DNA of 54,800 nt, the filler included, from Catajapyx aquilonaris (lineage: Eukaryota), in assembly GCA_000934665.2 (NCBI GenBank). It is 2 parts of 2 records of this genome, joined end to end, with 100 filler letters (N's around TTAATTAATTAA, not from the genome) between each part and the next. Parts side by side here need not be neighbours in the genome. Positions count along the whole stretch, not along the records: positions 27,682 to 54,800 come from JYFJ02005106.1; 1 more part is not named here. One strand, 5' to 3'. Under the pieces are notes generated by a model that was not told the DNA's origin, did no database searches, and worked only from the letters and a program-made list of their open reading frames with translations. Of this stretch, positions 48,915 to 54,800 are shown piece by piece (the first letter of the stretch is position 1; each line of letters opens with the position of its first letter). Made by a program: the position numbers and the translations under genes.

Positions 48915-49736
48915 GGTTGCCTCGAACAGCGTGTACCTCTTGTTTGGTCGCAATACCTAAATATTACATCACCTCACGTGATCCTAGGAGAGTAAGTAAG
49001 CGATTCCAGATACGACTCAGCCTGCTGGTACGAACAATCAAGGTAGAGTGCTTCACATAAAGGTCTCATAAAATAAATGGTATTTCATCACCTAAGTGCC
49101 TCACTGTTATTCCCTGTGGTATGAGCCATGTCGAAGTACCCCTGAAGAATAAATCATGCAGTAGAGTAGGCCATATCAGAAATTGATTTTCATTACCGTA
49201 CTGAAACCCAGTCAATATTAATGTGTAACTAGAAATTTAGTAGTGGGGCCAGCAATATCAGTTGCAAGACACTACGTGTCACCTGTAACGCAATAGATAT
49301 CCAGAGTATTAATTATTGATCCAGAGCAGGTGATAAATAATTTTTAAAATTTCACACAAATACTATACAAAACTATTGATTCTTATAGGATGAAAGCAAA
49401 AAACATATTTCAAATTCAAAAGTCGCCATAGTTATTTCATACAGGTTATCACGTAAAATATTATATTATAATAATGCATAAAATGTAAAACACAAGCTAT
49501 AATTCAGTGTAATAACTCTTTCACGTTGGTCGGATGCAAACTATATAGAATGGAAGGAAATGCATAGTCTTATCAACCCATATTCAAATATCTTAGTCCT
49601 TGAATTTATTTTCACTTCGCAAAATACAACAGCGAAATTAAGGATATACGGTACTTATCGAATTTGACATATTGAAAATATTTCAAACTCTCTTTGTCCC
49701 AATCCATGTCCATTACCGATGTGTAGAGTCCTTTGT

Positions 49737-50604
49737 CTAGCTGCATTCCTGCAACAAAATGCGAGGAGCATTAATAATATACAGTATATCAGCAAATTAT
49801 TTCCATTCAGTTGGAAATAATATCGCCAGAATCATTTTTTCAGCAAGTCTTACTCTTTCAAATTTTTCTGTTGCGCATGTTAGAGGTTTCGCCCAGTCAC
49901 ATCCCTCAGCTACTGGTGCATGACCTTCACCTGAAGTAAAGCAATGATGAGTAATTTTCTCCTTCATAACATATTTATGTGTGCACTGCTCAAGAGTTGA
50001 GTACAATCAAACCTGTTTCTAGGCAGTGGGTGAACGCTTCTACGAAAAACTCTTTGGTCTCTTCGTATCCTTCTCCGGGCAGATAGAAATCCATCATCTC
50101 CTTTGGTTTTATCTTTCCATCGTCATCAAACTATGTACCACAACGGAGTAAAGCATTATAGTCACCAATGCAACTGTAATGATCATTAGTTCACTGCCCC
50201 CACACTGTACTGTACATACCAGGTCTTGCGAATCCAATATGCAGTGTTGAACAGCACACTGAAAAGACAAATGAACAAAATGAATATGGTGCGATAATAT
50301 TAATTAGTCCAAATTGTACTGGTTTAATTTGCGAATATTGTGATGCAGGTAGTTAAGATTCATCATATTTAAAAAGTCAAAATCAAACTAACCATATCCC
50401 CTTGATCGTGGCACATCATTTTCGCTGCTTCCAGTTCTTCTCTCAAGCTTTCGGATGGTTTATCAGGGTATCGGCAGTGAGCAGGCTCAATATAGAGAAG
50501 AACTGTGAGGGAACATTTCTCAACAATCACTTGAATGAACTTACCTTTTCTTCTGCTGCTGCAAAGGCCAAGAGAAGAAGGAGGGTGGCTGCGAAGAACC
50601 TCAT
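49737..50604 (-). CDS. 8-Cys secreted OBP-like family, copy E (intact, 132 aa)
   Basis: Exons 50604-50545, 50485-50393, 50258-50220, 50130-50013, 49930-49854 and 49748-49737. Product: MRFFAATLLLLLAFAAAEEKPAHCRYPDKPSESLREELEAAKMMCHDQGDMCAVQHCILDSQDLFDDDGKIKPKEMMDFYLPGEGYEETKEFFVEAFTHCLETGEGHAPVAEGCDWAKPLTCATEKFERECS*. The intron 1 acceptor is a weaker GAG. Confidence 0.88.
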
Positions 50605-52909
50605 TGTTGCTCTCTGTTGTTCCAAAATGGGAATGAAGAGTATTACATAATATCAATACTTATGTAGCGTGGATTATCTCTGGGGTTGTGTGGGCAGCTT
50701 TTCCTACATACATGTTTAAGTGACGATTAGTGTTCATGCCGCTAATTAGCTGGAGGATGTTCATATCGAGCCAGGCCTGATGTATACTGATGTGATAATA
50801 ATAAAGCTATACACATTAGGCCATATGACTGTAGTGCTAATTATATCTGAGCTTATAGCAACAGCTTTTGCAACTTACGTGTGATTGGTAATATTAATGT
50901 CGAAATATCTGCTTCCTGAGGTGTGTTCATATCGGATTAGGCAATATACTGATGGGGGCACATACACGGAGAAAATTTAATATTACATAACATAATATTG
51001 CCATATACAGCCCGGGGTTCCCCCCTTCATCTCGTGCAGAGTTGGACCATCTCTGGCTTCGTCTCGGGTGGAAATTTCCGCTGGACTAATCCACCCGGGC
51101 AGCATCAAGCAACGTCATCGCACTTGCACTTTGCACATCCCCTCCTATAGTTACCCTGATCTTGGACCAAGAAATAATAGAAAAATTATATGGTTCCAAC
51201 AGATGGTGGTATTCCACCCCGCCACCCTAAGAGGGCCTACGGCCCTAGCGCGGGGTACAAAAACAAATATATGGCCATATAGTGCGCCAATAAGGAAGAA
51301 ATGGATAGGATGAGAAATAATTTTTTATCATTTTTCTACAAAAAATTGTAATTATTCAATATTCGCACCTGTACATTTGTTTCGCACCTTATATTACGGA
51401 AATGATGACAAGTCAAGGATGAAGCTGTGTTCTACTGATTGGTTCGCATTGTCCAATCATTACAGCATCATCGAGTTCCGTACTTTCCCACAACTACGGT
51501 CCAGTTTGAGCACATTTTCTTTCGTATGAAGAAAACCTCATGTTAATAAACCTTTATGTTTTGGCTTTAGATTGAGCTATGATTACTCTAACTCCTTAGT
51601 AGAGAAAATCTTTAAAATATTAACAACTTTTAAAAATATTAATGAAAAAGTAGCGGTAGCTTCTAGTTCGGCGCAAAGTTGCCCAACTATATGGTCCATG
51701 ATTTATTTATCATGATATTACGAAGTTAAACAGTCATATATTACATTTCTTTAAAGATAATCTATTTTTAAATCCAAATAATTAATAATCGTTTCCTTTC
51801 CATTAAACTTTTTGATAAGAAAAAAGAATTAAAAACAGAGTAACGCTTCTGCGACTCTTTCTGGCCTACCGGTATCTGGAAGGAAGTAAGTTGTTGTTGT
51901 CTAACGAAGTTTTTTATGTTACTAAGGTTTACTTTTGCCTCGAGAAATGAAAGTTTCTCTGAACTGGGATTAAACAGGGTTTGAACCGGGTTTACATTTG
52001 AAACACTTTTCAAGAAATCGGGCACTTGTTAATTATATGTCATCAACTAAACGTATTTAACCCAAGAAGGTTGATGTTAAAGTTTTTCGTTGACTAAACC
52101 GCCAGAAAAAGATAAGCACAAGAAATCATGCAGTATATTATAATACGTTTATTTCGTATATCATTGACAACGTACATAGGAAAGGGTTCCTGTTTAACAA
52201 GACAGAATAATCACCATATAGTAGTAATAATTTCAAGCTACTTACAACCTTGGAGCGTCGACGTGAGTCGTCCTGGAGAGCAGAGAGCCCAAGAGAGGCG
52301 GAGGACGGCTTATATAAATTATATAGGGGCGGTTTGCACTTCACAATATGGAAATCCACACGTGTTACATAACTGACCTTACTTACGCAAAAGTGAAGAT
52401 GGACGGTACATCCGATGTACCTGCAAAACTTAGTTATATTTATTTAATTTCATACCCCTTGCTTGGGCCAAAGGCCCGTTTTGGGGGACACACACACACC
52501 AACCCATACAGTTATAATCAGATTATATAGATCGTATTATATAAAGAAAAATAAACAGTTAACAGGTTTTCCTCTCAGGAGTCACAAAACTGCAAGGTTG
52601 AGGAAAACAAGTATACCTCCTGGACCAAGTGTCAACATTGAGCGACAGGAGGGTCATCCAGATGGAGAACCAAACCCAGCGTCAAAATCTGGTGTTGTAT
52701 GGTGTTCCATATGAGCAAGGCCGCAAGGGGAACTATGGGACGACGCCGAAAGGAAAATCCGCAAGGTGATCGACAGCTACGGGCTCCACCCCTTCCCTAT
52801 AAGCAAGTACAATTCCAACGAGTGCATCGCCTGGGGTCTCACTGGCCCATTATTGCTTTCTTCCTGCGTTTAACCCAACCTCCCCCCTCCCTACGCCACT
52901 GCTAGGTTT

Positions 52910-52982
52910 GGTACTCTCTGGTACTCCCGGTACTCCTCGGTACTCCCAGGTACTCCTCGGTACTCCTTGAATTTGGTACTCC
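52910..52982. repeat. ~10-bp GGTACTC minisatellite
   Basis: GGTACTC(C/T)nn repeated about 6 times. Confidence 0.8.
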
Positions 52983-53274
52983 GGTGTACACTTTTCAGTC
53001 GAGTGATTACCCCCTTGCCTGTAGACTTGAATATATAACCATCATGATAGTACTTCCCTACTTTCTCATTTAAAAAATCTTCTCACCCTTTATTGAAAGG
53101 TCCTTGTACTTGGCATATTCTGTACTTATATGTCCGAATAATTTATTTTTTCATTTTGCAAAATACAAGAGCAAAATTAAGAATATAAATACTTTACGTA
53201 TCTGACAACTTAAAATAATTTCGAGCTCTCTTTGTCGCAATCCATGTCCATTACCGATGTGTAGAGTCATCTGG

Positions 53275-53827
53275 CTAGACCCATCCGCATTCCTGTAATG
53301 CAACAAAAATGCGACGAGCATTAATGGATATCAGCAGAGATGAAGTACCAGAAAATAAGTTTGAATGAGTTGAAAATAATATCACAAGTAGCTATTTTTT
53401 CAGCAAGTCCTTACACTGGCAAGTTTTTTTTCTGCGCATTCTAGAGCTTTATAGACCTCACATTCCTCCGAAGATTCACCTTCACCTGCAATAAAGCAAT
53501 GGTGAGTACTTGTCAGTTTTGTAACATATTGCTATGTGCACTGTTCAAGAGTTAAATAGAAACAAACCTGTTTCTAAGCAGTGGGTGAATGCATCTAAGA
53601 AATACTCTTTGGATTCTTCGTATCCTTCGGGCAGAAAGAAGTCAATCAACTCCTTTGGTTTAACGTTTTCATCGTCATCAATCTATGAACAGGAATGCAG
53701 TAAAGCATTACTCACAAACAACATGGTCAACCTTGTGGTCAGCTGCTCTAATGAACATTAATTCCCTGCTCCCACGTAGTATACATACCAGGTCTAGCAC
53801 ATGGTACATGCATCTGTCAACATCACA
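53275..53827 (-). CDS. 8-Cys secreted OBP-like family, copy F (exons 3-6 only in this window)
   Basis: Exons 53827-53789 (CDVDRCMYHVLDL), 53682-53568 (IDDDENVKPKELIDFFLPEGYEESKEYFLDAFTHCLET), 53485-53415 (GEGESSEECEVYKALECAEKKLAS) and 53292-53275 (ECGWV*). Intron 2 is interrupted by TEs from 53914. Confidence 0.8.
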
Positions 53828-53913
53828 CTGAAAAAACAGGATTAATATGATGCGATAATTAGTCCAACATATTCAGTTTTCCAAAATTGTGATGCAGGTT
53901 AGCAGGTAGTTAA

Positions 53914-54420
53914 GGGGGCGCATTAGCAAAAAAATACGGTAACAATCGGTAACAATGCGAGCCCTTGGCGACCACGTAAACAAACTCGCGTATGCATGGA
54001 CAGCATATGGGGATTCGACATGTCTACGCCCCTGCGGCCGTACGGCGGAAAAAATGGAGCAATGGACACAAAAATTACACCAAAAAATAGGACATGATCT
54101 GGCGCAGGGCACCTTCGGCGTCATTTTACCATTTTCGGCCTAGAAGTGACCTTTTCATCGAGTTGAAGTGAAAGGAAAATGGCGTTCCCGAAAAGCCCAT
54201 TTGAATAACATGGCGGCAGGAACGCGACAAATTCGGGAACGCTTCGGCGCCCGTATGTCCACAATTTTAATGCAATCATATCGAGTATGGTACCATAGTA
54301 AAGGCCAAACCTTTGCGCAGGGCACCTTCGTCGTGATTTTTCCGATTAACGGTGCGTTTCGCCACAAAAAATAAAATTCCCTCAAAAATGCGCCTACCGT
54401 ATTTTTACTAATGCGCCCCC
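53914..54420. mobile_element. TTAA-targeting MITE (GG...CC ends, Kolobok-like) in intron 2 of copy F
   Basis: TIRs GGGGGCGCATTAGCAAAAAAATACGGTA / TACCGTATTTTTACTAATGCGCCCCC; flanks are TTAA and GTAA. Confidence 0.75.
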
Positions 54421-54800
54421 GTAAGAGCGCTCTCTAGGCTACGCGATCCATTGTTGCGGGGAGCCCGTCGCGGGCCGGCCCGTGAGTTTGACACAGTTCT
54501 TCCTCTCGCTGTCACGGCCGCAAATATGGAGGCATCCGCATGAAACTGGAGTATATGGACGCGAAAGAGTTGCACTTTGAGATGGTGCAATTATTTTTTT
54601 CATGCGGCGATATTTGCGGCCGCCGCAAGGTACAGTTTTTTATTTTGACCCGCAATAACTTCTTTCCATGTCGGTACCAGTGAAATTCGAGGCTGTCACG
54701 ATGTTTTTACGCCGAATTACCGTAAGTGTGTGAAAGGGCACGAGTGTGGCAGTCTTGGTTTGGCCAAACTTTGGGATCGAAAATACCCCCCTCCATGAAC

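Noticed and set aside
50090..50135. EF-hand in DDDGKIKPKE of the 8-Cys proteins
   Set aside because: Loop position 1 is hydrophobic rather than Asp, the motif is unpaired, and a similar D-x-D-G turn is common in OBPs. Calcium binding is not excluded but is unsupported.
28080..53900. The six ~0.9-kb dispersed copies as a transposon family
   Set aside because: They have no TIRs, TSDs or tails, and they conserve splice sites, reading frame, signal peptide and cysteines.

Overview
Eukaryotic, repeat-rich invertebrate DNA, most likely arthropod given the short GT-AG introns, divergent ionotropic receptors and TCATTC initiator; the species cannot be determined. An artificial 100-bp linker (N44-TTAATTAATTAA-N44, 27582-27681) joins two halves whose adjacency is unproven. 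The left half is mostly non-coding and full of MITEs and minisatellites. It carries an intronless MpaB/rubber-oxygenase-like (DUF2236) gene and, converging on it, a 4-exon gene for a small, very acidic secreted protein that the ORF track misses. The right half holds the main discovery: six paralogous 6-exon genes, also missed by the ORF track, reconstructed here by hand. They encode ~132-aa secreted proteins with 8 conserved cysteines and odorant-binding-protein-like motifs but non-canonical Cys spacing. Three copies are intact, two are damaged and one is incomplete in the window. They are interleaved with two intronless divergent ionotropic receptor (IR) paralogs, one with a single frameshift and one a clear pseudogene, plus a possible third IR N-terminal remnant. 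A Helitron PIF1 helicase fragment, a decayed Ginger2/KRBA2-like integrase, TTAA-targeting MITEs and tRNA-derived SINEs fill the spaces.
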